From the NCBI GenBank assembly GCA_977016875.1, contig CDRNST010000175.1:496001-560000 (forward strand): 64,000 nucleotides of DNA, read 5' to 3'. The position numbers were made by a program, and so were the translations under genes. Below the pieces are notes generated by a model. It was not told where the DNA came from, did no database searches, and saw only the letters and a list, made by a program, of their open reading frames with translations. This stretch comes from Pavona decussata. Its lineage: Eukaryota. Positions 38,401 to 50,765 of this stretch are shown here, in pieces (the first letter of the stretch is position 1; each line of letters begins with the position of its first letter).

Positions 38401-41400
38401 TTTCAACCAGAGAAATCCTATCTGAATGGAAGGAAGTAAGAGTAACATCTATCTTTAAATTAGGAGCAAGAAACAATGAAAATAATTATGGACCGATTTC
38501 AATTCTCTCTCAAGAATCAAAGGTCATGGAGTGTGCCATTCAAGTTCAATTGTTGGCTTTTGTTTTAAGGGGGCAATTTACCTAAATTTGAATGAAATTT
38601 AAAGAGGTTTTAAGAAGGGATAGAAGAAAGAAAATGATTTTTGGAAGACTAACAGACAGTTGATACCCACGCGAGAGCACTACAGGTTGTTAGTGGACTA
38701 ACTTGGTGTCCGTCTATTAATTATTAACTACAAATTCTAATTTTAAAACTTCACTAAATCTTCGATATTTCTTATTTCTCTTAATTTAACTAATCTTTGT
38801 AAAAAAAACTACTCCTCCCAAATATACCCAAAAATCACCCAAAAATTCACAAAATACCCCACAACACAGATTCACGGGATAATGATAGGGTTTTTGGATT
38901 GCTTGAAACGTGAATGAGATATTTCCATTCAAGCTATGTCAAGCGGCGGAAAAATGGCGTTTAGGGGAATTGCCCCCTTAACATAAAATTACTTACTAGC
39001 AGACTACCAGTCTGATACTTTACGAGTCTGTACTTTGGAAAAAACTAAGGTAGTGCAGGATTTTTAAATTAAGTTGCAAAATGGATGGAAAGTAACAAGC
39101 TCATCCTAAATCATAGTAAAAGAAAATCAATGCTCTTTGGAAAATGGCAAAATCTTGCCAAATCGCCACATTTTTGTATACAGCTAAATGGAAAGAGTTT
39201 AGAAAGAGGGATGAAAACCTCTTCTCTCCTCTTCTCCCCTCTCCTCTCCTGAAAATTGCACTAAAGACTCTTGACTTATGCTTGAGCCAAGAACTACCAG
39301 ATTGACTTTGATAATGTGTCAATTATTGACAAAGCCAATTATCACCATCTTAAGATCCTTAGGTCCTGGCCTACTGAGAAAACTGCCCGCCCCCAATCAG
39401 ACAAACGTTAATTTTCACATGTCCAACGTTCTGACTTTACATTCTTTTTGTACTTTTAATAAGTTACTGTTCATTTTACATACAGTCACAAATTTCTATC
39501 CTTTGAAGACAACAGGACTGTTGTCGAAAGCTTATAGTTTTTAAACTTTTAACCAGAGAATGTTTTATCATTGTCTTGGTTGTATTGCGACAAAGCACTG
39601 AACCTGTACAAATGTCCATTTTCCTTGCTCTAAATCCAGGAAGGCTTAAATAATCTGTTCAGCCAGGTTGGAAAGTTGATGTACTGTAAACTGGTCCAAC
39701 AGAGCAACAAAGATAACAAAGATACTAATATTGGGTAGGTACATGTAGTAGAGGAGCTTTATTTCCAGTTATCAATGTGACCATCTTTTATTTATTTATT
39801 TATTTATTTATTTATTTTGTTTTGAAGGCTTAGGTACATTGTATGTTGTTTAATTGTGATAACATCTTGACAAAATGACTGCAAAAATTATAGTTGTCAG
39901 TATTTGTGACCCTCCATAGGATTTCAGTAACTTTGGTAATGACATGTGCACACCTTTGGAACACAGCACACAAAGCATGTCAAGAAGGCCAATATACACA
40001 ATTTGATAAACATTTAACAAAAGTAATTGTGTTTCATGTTAATTGTTCTTATCTGCTTGACAATAAAAATATTTGTATTCTTGACATGGTATAAAGTGGC
40101 TTTGTTCCTTGACACAGTACGGCACTTCGGATTCCAGTGAGCAATACAACTGAATTTCCCAGAGATTTAAGTTATCACAGCTGTTGTTCAATTGTAAAGA
40201 TACTACAGTGCAGCTCAGAAATAAGCGAACATCGCATACGCGTACCATACGCAAGTAATACGCGTATGCGTATGCTGCTATACGCGTCTGCGTATGTTGT
40301 CATACGCGTATGTCCTGCCTTTGTTATTCATAGCCATACCTTTGCTTTATGTGGCATTGTCTTGCACAACAAAAGAAACGGTAAAGTAAAAGCGACAGCC
40401 TGAGAAACATTTCTAGGAGCCCACAAGCCCAAAAGGTGAGAAGTTAGGAGCCCAACATGTGAAGTGTTAGGTGCTGCTGCAAAAAACATTTCAGCACCCA
40501 AAGCATTTTCTTGGGTGCCTTAGGCTACCAGGCTTCTGTTAGACAGCAGCCCTGCATACTTTTAATAGTAGTTCTCAAAGCCTAGCATGTCACTGACATA
40601 CAAAATAGCAGAACTGCCACGTGCTTTTATTGAGACTCAAGGAAAACTCGTTATGACTCTTGTTCACAACGTTTCAGGTTCTTGGGTTACAAGACTGTAC
40701 GTGAGGCAGAGGCAGCGATACAAAAGTTTGATGGGTTGGATCTAGGAGAAGGTGTCAGGCTTAAGGTTGCACTTGCATTGGCTAAGCAGAAGCCAACCTT
40801 CACAGATCTGGAGAAAACTGAACCTACTGTGAATGGTATCACAAGCAATGGTATGCCGCACAATGCTGAGGAAGGTGCATCTGTTAGGTATGATGATGTA
40901 GTATTGATTGATGTACAGTGTATTGAGAATACAATGAGATTTGACCATAATCTTGATGTTATTATGGTTAGTGTATGTAAAAGAGCATTTTTATTATTTT
41001 GACCGCTACATATATCTCATTATCAGTGAGAAATGATGCTGTAACATTAACAGCATGTGTCTGGTATGTTTAAAATAGACTGCATCTACAGTACAGCTTA
41101 GAAATAAGCGACCAACACATTAACTCATTTGAAACATCCAAAGTACGGTTCTTGAAGAAAAAATACTCTGAAGTGCGCTGTCCCAATTGAAGTACTACTG
41201 GTGTGATCACAGTACATGTACCAAAGAAAAGTAGAATAAATTATTACTGTCAAGCTAATCACATTCTCTTTGCCAGATGTGAGCATACAGTCCAGGCCAG
41301 AATTAACCGAACTATGCAGACACATTCTTGACGCAGCAGAAACACATATGTACATATTTTTAGACTTGTCTAAATGTGCGCGTTTTTGCCATTGTTATTC

Positions 41401-44400
41401 ATCGTCGTAAGTTCTCTGTGTGGTATTGCCAAATAAAACAAAAGAATTCAATGGGTTGACGACAAACACAAAATTAGCATTTTATGAAATCAGCCAGCGA
41501 CAGCTACAATATTTCAAATCTTATCTGCTTCATAAATACTGGCAACTTTAAAAACAACTCCTAACCGGCATTGAATATTCCGCATATGTTATAGAAAACA
41601 TAAATCTAAGCTAGTTAGTTGAATACAAATTGCTCTATGTGCGAACTCGTGAATGGAATAGGTGAATGTAATGATACATGTATTCCAGATTTTAGACACT
41701 TCCGACACACACATTTGGGACTCAAAAGGGAGGGTTTCAAGGTTTTTTTTTGAAGCGCTGAAGATGACACAAGTTGGAATGAAATATCAACAATACGAAA
41801 ACAATGAGCTAGCTCATACATAGTATTGAGTCTGACTAGACGCGTATACATGTCCGCAGCAGATGTGTTTTTCGTGTATGTTTTGGTTCGCTTAATTCTG
41901 ACCTGCACTGTATTAACTCTGTCAATCCTAATCAGTGCCATTGGCATAAGAAAACATTCACTAATTTGTCCTTGAAAAAGCTTTTATGGAAGTTGCTGTT
42001 TAAAACTGGGCCAAAGCATTCTATGGATCCTCATTGAAGTAAAACAACCAGTGTTGAAGTGAAGTATACAAGAATGGATAAGATGAAGAACAATCTAGGC
42101 TTGGACTGACCTTCAAAACAATTTGAAAAATTTAGGCTTAAGTTTTCAAATCAATTAGGTTGCATTTGATTGACCCTATTCTGGAATAAGAATAAGCAGT
42201 ATTATAAGAATAGCCGTTAAATTTCTCTCTTTAGTTCATTCAACAGTAAATTCTATAGTATTTTATTGCTGTACATAACTTATAGTCAGTGGCAAGTCAG
42301 TTTCAAAACCATCTCTTACCAGTATTATTAAGAAATTAAAAAAAAATTAATCATCTAATTTGTTAAATCAGTAAGGACTTAAAATATTCATTGCTTTGAT
42401 TTAGGCACAGAAAATGCAAATGTAACATTCTTGCATTTTTTCCTCACAAATCAGTTGAAATGTGTTAGCAATGGCCCACTGGGACTACCAGTCTTGGTGG
42501 GAGTATAAATTAAACTTGGATAGGTTTTTTAGTATCGTGGAATAAGAGAGTAAAATTATCTTGTCAACTTGTCACCTATCAGATGCAATTTCTTATTAAT
42601 TCTATGAAAAATGGAGGAATAATCTTAAGGTTATTGTGGTGATTGCATTAGGTTATGGCATAGAAAGAAAAAATGTACAATGTTACATAGTAAAAAATTC
42701 CTCTTCAGGTTATAGCCGGCAACCTTATTTTTTTTTCTCAGGTTTTCATGCAATTTAATCTTTTCCTTAGGGATATAGTATGTGTACTAGCTGTACTGTA
42801 TTAGTACCCAACATGTACATGTACTTAGCAAGGGCGCTGCCTAACAGCCTGCCTAAATTGAAATTTTTCGTAGGCAACAGCCTTGTTTAGGGATACTATA
42901 ATGTTTTTCTCTGAGTCTTATGTTTTTGTTGTTTGATTGGGTCCTGGAATTCAATAAGATGGTCAGATGATCTGCTTGATTGCGTAATTTTCTTTTACTT
43001 CTTTAGAGAAAATCAAACAAGACTTCAGGATGATGGTTTGTCTTCTGCAGCCAAGCCCAGCATTTCATCTGCAGGTATTATCCTTCAACCCACTGTGTAC
43101 TCTGTAGTGTTTATGCATGTGGTTGAAAATGTGATTCAATTAGCTTTTGGCTTTATTTTTGTTTTCCTTTATCTTTGAGGGGTTAGTAAACTGTGGTGCT
43201 GTGTCTGTGGGAAGTAGAAATGTACGTTGAATGATGTTGAAAGAAATGACAAGGATGCATCTAAACCAGTCACTTGACACTTTAATCTGCCTAAATACAC
43301 TTGCTAACACATGCCAGTCTGTGGAATTTCTCCTCATCATGGCAATACAGAAACCTGCAAAACTCTAGAAAAAAAATCATCTTCCAAATTGGCACTCTTA
43401 ATCCCCAGAGAATCGAGACTTTTTTATTCAACTAATTCTTGTTTTTCATGCTACCATGCTCCCACCAATAACACAGCTCCACTGCTCACTTTATAAACAC
43501 GTACAACTGTACAACTCACAATTCCTTGATCCACTCTGATAAAAGGCTAATGCTTGAAACGGCAGCACTCAAATGTCGTTACATGTACAGTGGCCAATTT
43601 TCCCTCTAGTTATCAATTCTGTCTTGATAAAACTAAACATTAATTTTATAGCAAAGCATTTCCATGCGTTTAGTACAGACCAATATAACCGTGTTTGCAA
43701 AAAGTATTTAAATATCAAACCTCTTTGTAATAGGAACATCATGATAGCCTTCTTTGGTGAAATTTATTTCCCACCTTTGACACTGTAGGGCAAATTTTTT
43801 GTGCGCCAATATATTTTTTATTTGCGGTTATCATGCAGTGCTGCACTCTAGAATATACCTCAGCGAAATCATTTGCAAATAATGCATTACACTTACAACC
43901 AAACAGTCATGTTAAAAAGGATGTTACAAATGAATGATTTGGCTCAGAATCTATCAGTTTTTCAAAACAATTGACAAGAAAAGGGGTCTGTGGGTCTCCC
44001 TAATGAATTCCAATTGTCCTTTGAAATAAAATTATTGGTGTATAGTTTAAGGTGCCAGAAACCCTTTTGTTTGTCTGATCTAATTAAAACATTAATTACT
44101 GTAATCCTATTTATGTGTATGTGGATTTTAAGTGTTGTTCTGTTTAAAATTTCTCTTAATCGAATTTGAAAAAAGGTGAAGATGTCCTTCCTGCATTTCA
44201 TGAAAAGGTTTTTCCTCTCATCTGGGTTTTTGTGGCCATGTTAGCATCACACTCGTTAATATTTTTATCTTTGAAGCCTTTTGACTAGTTTCCTTTTTTG
44301 TTTTCTCTACAAGGGAAGTCTTGCACTTTCTGTCGCAAATTAGGGCTAAAGTGGTGCTCAGTGTGCAAAATTCCATATTGCAGTCGGGACTGTCAAAAGA

Positions 44401-47400
44401 GTGATTGGCCAAAGCACAAGCTTGTTTGCCCCCGACAACTGCCAGCTGAGAGCAAAACAACTAATCCACCGACCCATGCTCTCTTGACCACCACCCCTGG
44501 GGATTCTGTGCAACCAAGTGATAATTCCCTAGAGGAGACAGGTTCCCTTCATACACCCCCTGGGGATTCTTTACAACAATCGGAAGAAAGTATGGCGACT
44601 ACTGTGCACAGTTATTCAGACGAGGAGACTGAACCAAGCCCCGAAAATGAAAAGGACCCAATCAGAGTAGATGGTTTTCATGTTAACAATGTTGAGATGT
44701 TTGCTCAGATGATGGGATTTGACCTCAACCAGGTGAAATTTGTCGAAAAAAGTCAAGACACTGATGATTCTGATAAGTCATCTTCATCTTCTTTAGATAA
44801 CAGCACGCCTCAGGACACTTCGTCCAAAGTATCTATGGCTGCACCGACCAGAGATGGACCAAGTCAGCAGACATTGCAAAAAGAAACTCAGGCTGGGAAG
44901 CAAAGCAGTGACACTATAGCAATGGAACCAGTCAGCCCTTTAGCAGCATGTGTGACAGAGCAAGAGAATCATACTCCACAGCAATCAACTTGTGCCCAGG
45001 GTCACAAGCGCTTTTTCATAAAGCACCTCCCAATGGAAAGTGTGCCAAAAGAAGGTTTCTTCAAAGCAGAGGTCACAGTAGTTGAGAACCCAAGCTGCAT
45101 ATGGGCTCATTTGTGCACACCTGAAGCTTTGGAAAGACGTGAGCAACTAAAAAAATCTCTTCAAGCTTCATACTCGAATTCAGTATATGAACACTATGTT
45201 CCAAGTAGTGGTGAAGTGTGTGTGGCCCAGTTTAGTTTCGACAGCCGCTGGTACCGAGTTAAGGTTGATGTTGTAAACAACACTGGAACTTTAAGGGTGA
45301 CATACATTGATTTTGGCAATCATGAAGATGTTACAGTAGATAAGGTGCGTCGTATAACTGACGATCTTGTTGGTTTTCCAAGGCAAGCTCTAAAACTCTC
45401 CTTGCATGGCATAACAAGTAGTTCCCCGACAGGTAGCTGGTCATCTGAAGCAACAACATTCGTCAAAAGTAAAGTTCTAGGCATGGAGTGCAAAGTACAA
45501 GTCGGTGGGCAGCACAATGAGATATTGTTTGTAAAGTTATTTGACCCTGAGGAAACAAATTCTGACTCTACAATCAATGAAAGCTTAATTGGTGCTGGGT
45601 TTGCCAAAACTCGAGGACGACCAACCTCTTCACTGAATACTCCCCAGCAGTACTATTCAGGATCACAGCATGTGCATGGGCATCAGCATTATATGCAAAA
45701 TGAAGGTATAACCAGTAGAGAAAGACTGCCGTTTCCTCACTCAAACAGTTCACAAAGTCAAGACAGTGTACACGAACAGCAAAGAGCCCATGTGAACCAA
45801 GCGAAGAAACCATCTTGTCAGTCAGGTGGCAATGCTTCACCTCCCAAAGAATACAGCAACTCTTCAAGAAACTCCTCAGGACCAGGGATAAAAAAGGAAC
45901 CATTTGAAGCCATTGTCAATGCCATTGTGAATCCATGGGAATTCTATGTACAGAAAACAGATCCACAAATGTTGGTTGGACTTGAGAAATTAATGCAGGA
46001 TTTAAATCGACACCTCAGTGCAGCTCCCTACACAACAAAAGCATCATTTTCCCCTGGTGAGGTATGTGCTGCCAAATTTTCATTGGACAATCGTTGGTAT
46101 CGAGCTGTCATCCTAGAGAAGCTGCCCAGTTGCTTCAGAGTTCGTTATGTGGACTTTGGCAACAGTGAGGTGGTCCAAGGTGCTTCCATTCGTCCATTGC
46201 CTCAACAGTTCCAAAGCCTTCCTCCTCTGTCCCTACAATGTTCTTTAGCTGGTGTAACAAAACCTAAAGGACAGGACTGGAGTTCCGAGGCAGTACAGCA
46301 TTTCAAGTCTCTGGTGTCAAATAAACCATTTGTCTGTTGGGTTGTACATAAACATGGAGTTGTCAATATTGTTGAGCTTCTTGACCCAAGGAGGAATAGA
46401 GAGCAGACTGTAGCAAGCTCACTTATATCTGCAGGTATGTGGGCAATGTTTAACAGTTAAGTTAAACCATCGAAACAGTGTGCGATTTCGAAAACCAAAG
46501 TTAAAGGGCAACTATCGCACCTGCCCATTTCTCTCCCTCTCTTTTTTTTTAACTACCTAAATACTAACATGTGTAAATTTTGCTGTCATTTGATTCGAGA
46601 TGAGTTGTCGTACTTCAAAATTGCTTCCATAAAAGTTTGCAATGCACTTGGCTGTAAAAGGAATCCCAGGCCAAGTTAAGGCTACAGAATATGTTCTTTC
46701 TTTTACTTTACGTTACAGTTGATCCACGTCACGCGTGACCAGTATTTCCAAGAATGAAACGAACATTCGAAATTCTCTTTGTAATGTCCGGATTTGAATG
46801 GAATGTTGAACATTTCTCTGGAAATCTTTCCGAAAAAGACGCATTAACAGGAAAAAAGATTCAAAATACTTAAGGGAAACAATTGTTAGTCTTGAAATAC
46901 GTAATGCTGTAATGTAAAGAAAAACTCATAGCTTTATACTGTCAATAAACTAGGGAAATTTCTATGGGAACTCTAAAATCTCATTGGTGATGTTCGAAAC
47001 TGACATGTAAATTTCAAAACTCCGTTCAAATTTCAAAAATACCGGTCACGTGTGATGTGGATTGACTGTAATTGTAGGCTGACTAGTCCGACAACTACAG
47101 AGGAGAAAGTTCTGTTTGTTTGGTTTTCTTTTGGTACAAGTAAAAGCTGATCACAGAATTCCATTTTCATTTAACGTTTCTTAGGACTAGCGGATGCATT
47201 CATTCATAAAGACGGATCTAAGCACCATTTGGATGGGAAAAGAGGACCATCATTCACTGGTCTACAGCAACAAGTAGTTGGAGGAACACCAGTACCAAAG
47301 AGCCCTGGTGGTGACGTACGGAGGTCCCCATTTAGTCCTCAAAGCTCCCCAAGCAATAGTGAAGGCCCTTTACCTAGAGCCAGGATAGAATCTGCTGTGT

Positions 47401-50400
47401 TTGAACCAGCAATTCAGGCAGCAGCATTGCCCCAAGATTCAAGACTGGATGTTTTGGTGACAGAGGTTGCATCTCCTGAACTCATTTACTGTGGAAGTGT
47501 AGAATCTTCACGGTGGATTGCTAAGTTGACTGAAGACATGAATGAGCATTACAGTGCTGTGAGTTATCCTCCATTTGTTGCACGTGAAAATGATTTCTGT
47601 GCTGCACATTTCACTAAAAGTGGAGACTGGTGTCGAGCCTTTATCAAGGGAACCTCTCCTGATGGAAGAGTATATGTTCATTATGTTGATTATGGAAACA
47701 CTGAATTTGTACCACAGGATCACCTGCGACCTCTCATTGAGCAGTTCAGTTTCAGCGCGTTGCCGTTTTCTGCATTAAGATGTTCTTTGGCAAATGTCAT
47801 TCCCCTTGATTCATCTGGCTGGTCTGATGAAGCTATGTCACATGTTAAAACGCTTCTTCCAGAATATGGTCGCTGTAGTTTGCATGTGGTTGGGCAACGG
47901 AAAGGAAAACTTTTTGTTGACATAACACCAAATGAAACAGGTAAAAGTGTCGGTGAGACATTGGTCAAACAAGGGCTGGCAAGGGTGATCATCAGTAAAG
48001 TAGAGCAACATGACCAACAGAACCAACGTCATCCCACAATGGGTCAGAAAAGTCCGAATGATAATGCCATGGGAGAATCCAGGAATCATACTTCAGAAAA
48101 CCACACTGCATCACCGCAAAGAAGAAATATCGAGAGGCATGACCTAAGTTTGTTAGAGGCCCTTGTCTTTCAACCTGCAATTCAGTCAGCAGCATTACCA
48201 GAGGACAAGTCATGTTTTGACGTGGTGTTAACAGAGGTGTCAAAATCTGGTATGTTCTTTGTACAAGTAGCTGACCGTGACACTGGGCAGAACTTGAAGA
48301 AACTTTCAGACGATATGAACACATACTACCACTCCTCAGCACCAACGTCCTTCCGCCCTCAGCCAAATCAGTTGTGTGCAGCTCTGTTTGCAGAAACCGG
48401 TGACTGGTGCCGTGCCTTAATCAAAGAAGTCATTCCTGATGGTTTGGTAGATGTACACTATGTTGACTTTGGAAACAGTGAGAAGCTCTCGGTGTCTAGT
48501 GTACAGCCCCTCATGGATAAGTTCGCCACTGTTCCATTCTTTGCCTTGCCATGCTCATTAGCAAATATTAGACAACCAGAACCTCCTGGCTGGCCAGATA
48601 ATGTTATGGCATTGTTAAGGGAAAAGGTTCCACTTTCTCAACCAATAAGCACTAGAGTATTGGGCAAACGTCGTGGTATGTTGTTCGTTGATTTTACAAT
48701 TGCAAAGGATCCACCTCAGTCACTGAGCCAGCTGTTGTTGAATGAAGGCTTTGCACAAAGGTTAGTGCAAGAAGGTGATACTCGTAGAGAGCACCAAGGG
48801 GAGCGTTCTCGACCACAAGAGCCATTAGATTCTGGTCGTCAACAGTCAGCAAGCACTACATCCTCTTCTATACAAACGGGAAACTTTGAATCACGTGTGC
48901 TTGAACCTGCTATCCAATCAGTTGCAGATCTTGATTCATTTGATGCCATGTTAACAGATGTCTCATCACCAAGCTCTTTCTTCATTCAAGTTCTACACCG
49001 CGACAAGGTTGAGATCTTGAGGCAGCTCTCAGAGGACCTGAATGCACATTACAATGCAGTAAACTATCCTCCTTTCCAAGCCCAAACCAACCAGATGTGC
49101 GCAGGATGTTTCTCTGGTAGCGGCGATTGGTGTAGAGGTTTTATTTACCAGGTTAGTTCAGATGGCTCTGTGCATGTTCACTATCTGGATTTTGGCAACA
49201 GTGAAGTGCTGCCCTTGTCAAAAGTGCGCCCACTAGAGGTACGCTTCCAGCAGCAACCCCCCATGGCCTTGAAGTGTTCACTGTCTGGAATCCTACCCAC
49301 ACATTCAAGTGGCTGGTCTAACAATGCCAAGGAAGCATTATTGTCGCAAGTACCACTCAATAGCTGTCTGAAAGTCAAAGTGGAAAGAAAGGAAAGCAGC
49401 TTGCTGTTTATCGATACAATACTTCCAGACTCTTCCAGTCAAGAGTCCTTGAGCCATTTTCTTATTAGTCAAGGACTGGCTAGTGCTAATCCACCAGTTG
49501 GCAAGCCAGTCCAATCAGCACCAGCAGCTCCTATTAGCGACAACCGTGTTTATGCTTCAGCAATTTCCTTGGTAGATGTACCACTGGGCACCACATGTCG
49601 GGTCCTAATCAGTGAAGTCCAGCAACCAGACAAGATCTTTTTTCAAGTTCTGAATAGAGAAAATGTCCAAGGTCTTTTGGCTTTGTCAGAAGCATTGAAT
49701 ACCCATTGCTCTACAGTTGATGGCAGCTCTTACAAACCGCTGCTAGGAGAGCTGTGTTGTGCTCAATTCAGCGAGGACCAAAACTGGTACCGTGCTGTTG
49801 TTATGCAAGAACTTAATGAGTCCCAGATGATGGTAGTATTTGTTGATTATGGTAACCAAGCAGCAGTTGCAGTCAATTCCATTCGACGAATCACTCCCTC
49901 TTTCACTCAGCTTCCAATCCAAGCCAGGGAGTGTTTCTTGGTAGGCATTCAACCAGCTTCAGGATCCTCTTGGTCCAGCGATGCTATTAACTTCTTAAAG
50001 GAACGTCTAACTCCTCAAGAAATTGCACCGTTCTTTGCAGAGTTTGAAAGTACAGAGAGAAACGGGTGTTGTTTTGGTGTTCAGTTGTTTGACATAGATC
50101 ATAGTGGGCAGCCAGGGATCTCCATTGGCCAAGATATGATTCAGCACAGCCTTGCTCAAAGGCAAGATGACTCCGCCTGCTCAACGCTTCAGATGACTGT
50201 CCCTAATGTAGATCAATTTGATGTTGTTGTAACAGAGATTGTTCATCCAGGGGAGATATGGGCTCAAGTCCTGGATGCGGAGGCTCGTAATTCACTTGAC
50301 CTGCTCATGAAGGATCTCAACCAGTACTGTGTAGAAGCACCCCTGCCCACCTCCACTCTCCAGCCCGGCCAGGAATGCTGTGCCCAGTTTAGCCAAGATG

Positions 50401-50765
50401 GACTTTGGTATAGAGCGCGTGTGTTAGAAGGTCCGCCATCAGAGCAGATTGCAGTTCAATATGTGGACTTTGGTAACAGTGAATGGTTAGCACCTGACAA
50501 GATAAGATACATGAAAGACGAGTTCTTCAAACTTCCTACTCAAGCGCTCAAGCTGAGCTTAGCAAATATTCGCCCTGCTCATCAGGTTTGGGACCAAGAA
50601 GCAGTAAAGTGGCTGAAAGTGATAGAAAACCGACAGCTAAAGGCCAGAGTTGTCCACCGTTTGCCAGAGTGTTTGGTTGTGTCGCTTGAAGACTGGACTG
50701 TGCCCAATGGTCCTATAAATATAGGTGAACAGTTGATAAATATGGGATACGCTGTTAAGTCATGA
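32408..50765 (+). CDS. TDRD1: Tudor domain-containing protein, TDRD1/Vreteno-like: RRM + MYND zinc finger + 7 extended Tudor domains, ~2189 aa
   Basis: Exons 32408-32682, 37442-37570, 37733-37823, 39640-39734, 40678-40887, 43007-43074, 44314-46434, 47185-50765. All are GT-AG and in phase (6570 nt). RRM (RLFVGRIP...IGFLGY...EAEAAIQKFDG), MYND (CTFC...CSVCKIPYCSRDCQKSDWPKHKLVC), and seven C-x-A/G-x-F...W(Y/C)R...DFGN/DYGN Tudor cores. Start codon and exact orthology are less certain. Confidence 0.85.
33274..36246 (+). mobile_element. 5'-truncated CR1-superfamily (CR1/Crack/L2 group) LINE, apparently young, in the first coding intron of the Tudor gene
   Basis: Uninterrupted ORF2 from ~33292 to 35994. 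3' UTR with AATAAA (36229) and an (AAATG)n tail. Candidate TSD ATGTATA (33267-33273 and 36247-36253). (CCTA)4 at the 5' junction. Confidence 0.92.
33343..35994 (+). CDS. LINE ORF2 (partial APE endonuclease + reverse transcriptase)
   Basis: GVIYRPP, MGDYN, TLIDNIF, SDHLPI (endonuclease). NYRPI, QYGFR, FLDLSKAFD, GVPQGSVLGPLLFLIYIND, LFADD, KFLGV (RT). Confidence 0.95.
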   Translation: MYISNTLNFKVRDDLSTFDEEIFESLFIELRVKGKKSKIIGVIYRPPNNTFNKFEENLTKTLECLNNEGKETYLMGDYNLDILKFNDSVFINDFISLMYASPFFPTITKPTRITDKSATLIDNIFINSPNKNSKRGILISDLSDHLPIFYITMDKLDIKHDLIEQNIRIINKKNFEKNKDELAKTNWENITNLENPQEAYDNFKEQFKEIYDTHLPTKKVTLNKINHKKKPWITKGFLISRKKKNILYKRYLKSPSIFNEQKYKKYRNKFNSLKVIAKKNYYQQQLNTAKNNMKKTWSIINELVGKASKKQNLPSQFKEGVDIITDANEIANRFNKYFINVGPSLSKKIPKTPNSFNKYLNNNYVESIFLDPITTTEVENELKKLNPNKGSGLDDINPRVICEISKLISYPLTFIFNQSIITGIIPNQLKISVVSPVYKTSDKDVFQNYRPIAVLPCFCKVLERLMYRRLISYLNKHHILSDHQYGFRAKRSTQQAIIELVDKITSAIENNEYTIGIFLDLSKAFDTVDHEILISKMEHYGIRGTPLSWFKNYLTNRQQIVKYNNVLSKPNTIRCGVPQGSVLGPLLFLIYINDIHKSSNLFHYTLFADDTNLFFKHKNVNQLLQIANEEISKVSDWLCSNKLTLNTSKTTFMIFKTKGKKLDMHLGVKINQREIEQVKWTKFLGVRIDDKMTWKNHINYISNKTSKLSGIIAKLRHYVNKITLKNVYFTMIYPYFTYCNIVWGSNYASTLKCLHKVQKKIIRLMTFSRYQDSTTALFKQLKILDIFQLNTFLTSLFMYSQRANMLPNTFNNYFVQNRQFHQYNTRSSAKLHIRYTRTNYGKFSLKARGAKLWNNLPDEVKDAKSYFSFKRKVKQIYCSDIST
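38569..38977. mobile_element. TTAA-flanked MITE (Kolobok-like) inserted at an old LINE RT fragment
   Basis: TTAA|GGGGGCAATTTACCTAAA ... TTTAGGGGAATTGCCCCC|TTAA. The upstream flank (~38420-38560) translates EWKEVRVTSIFKLGARNNENNYGPISILS, an RT-adjacent LINE motif. Confidence 0.8.
41089..41910. mobile_element. TA-flanked non-autonomous DNA element (Tc1/mariner-pogo-like)
   Basis: TA|CAGTACAGCTTAGAAATAAGCGACC ... GGTTCGCTTAATTCTGACCTGCACTG|TA. A lone matching end lies near 40205. Confidence 0.7.
46716..47068. mobile_element. TA-flanked MITE in the last intron of the Tudor gene
   Basis: TA|CAGTTGATCCACGTCACGCGTGACCAGTATTT ... AAATACCGGTCACGTGTGATGTGGATTGACTG|TA. Confidence 0.8.
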
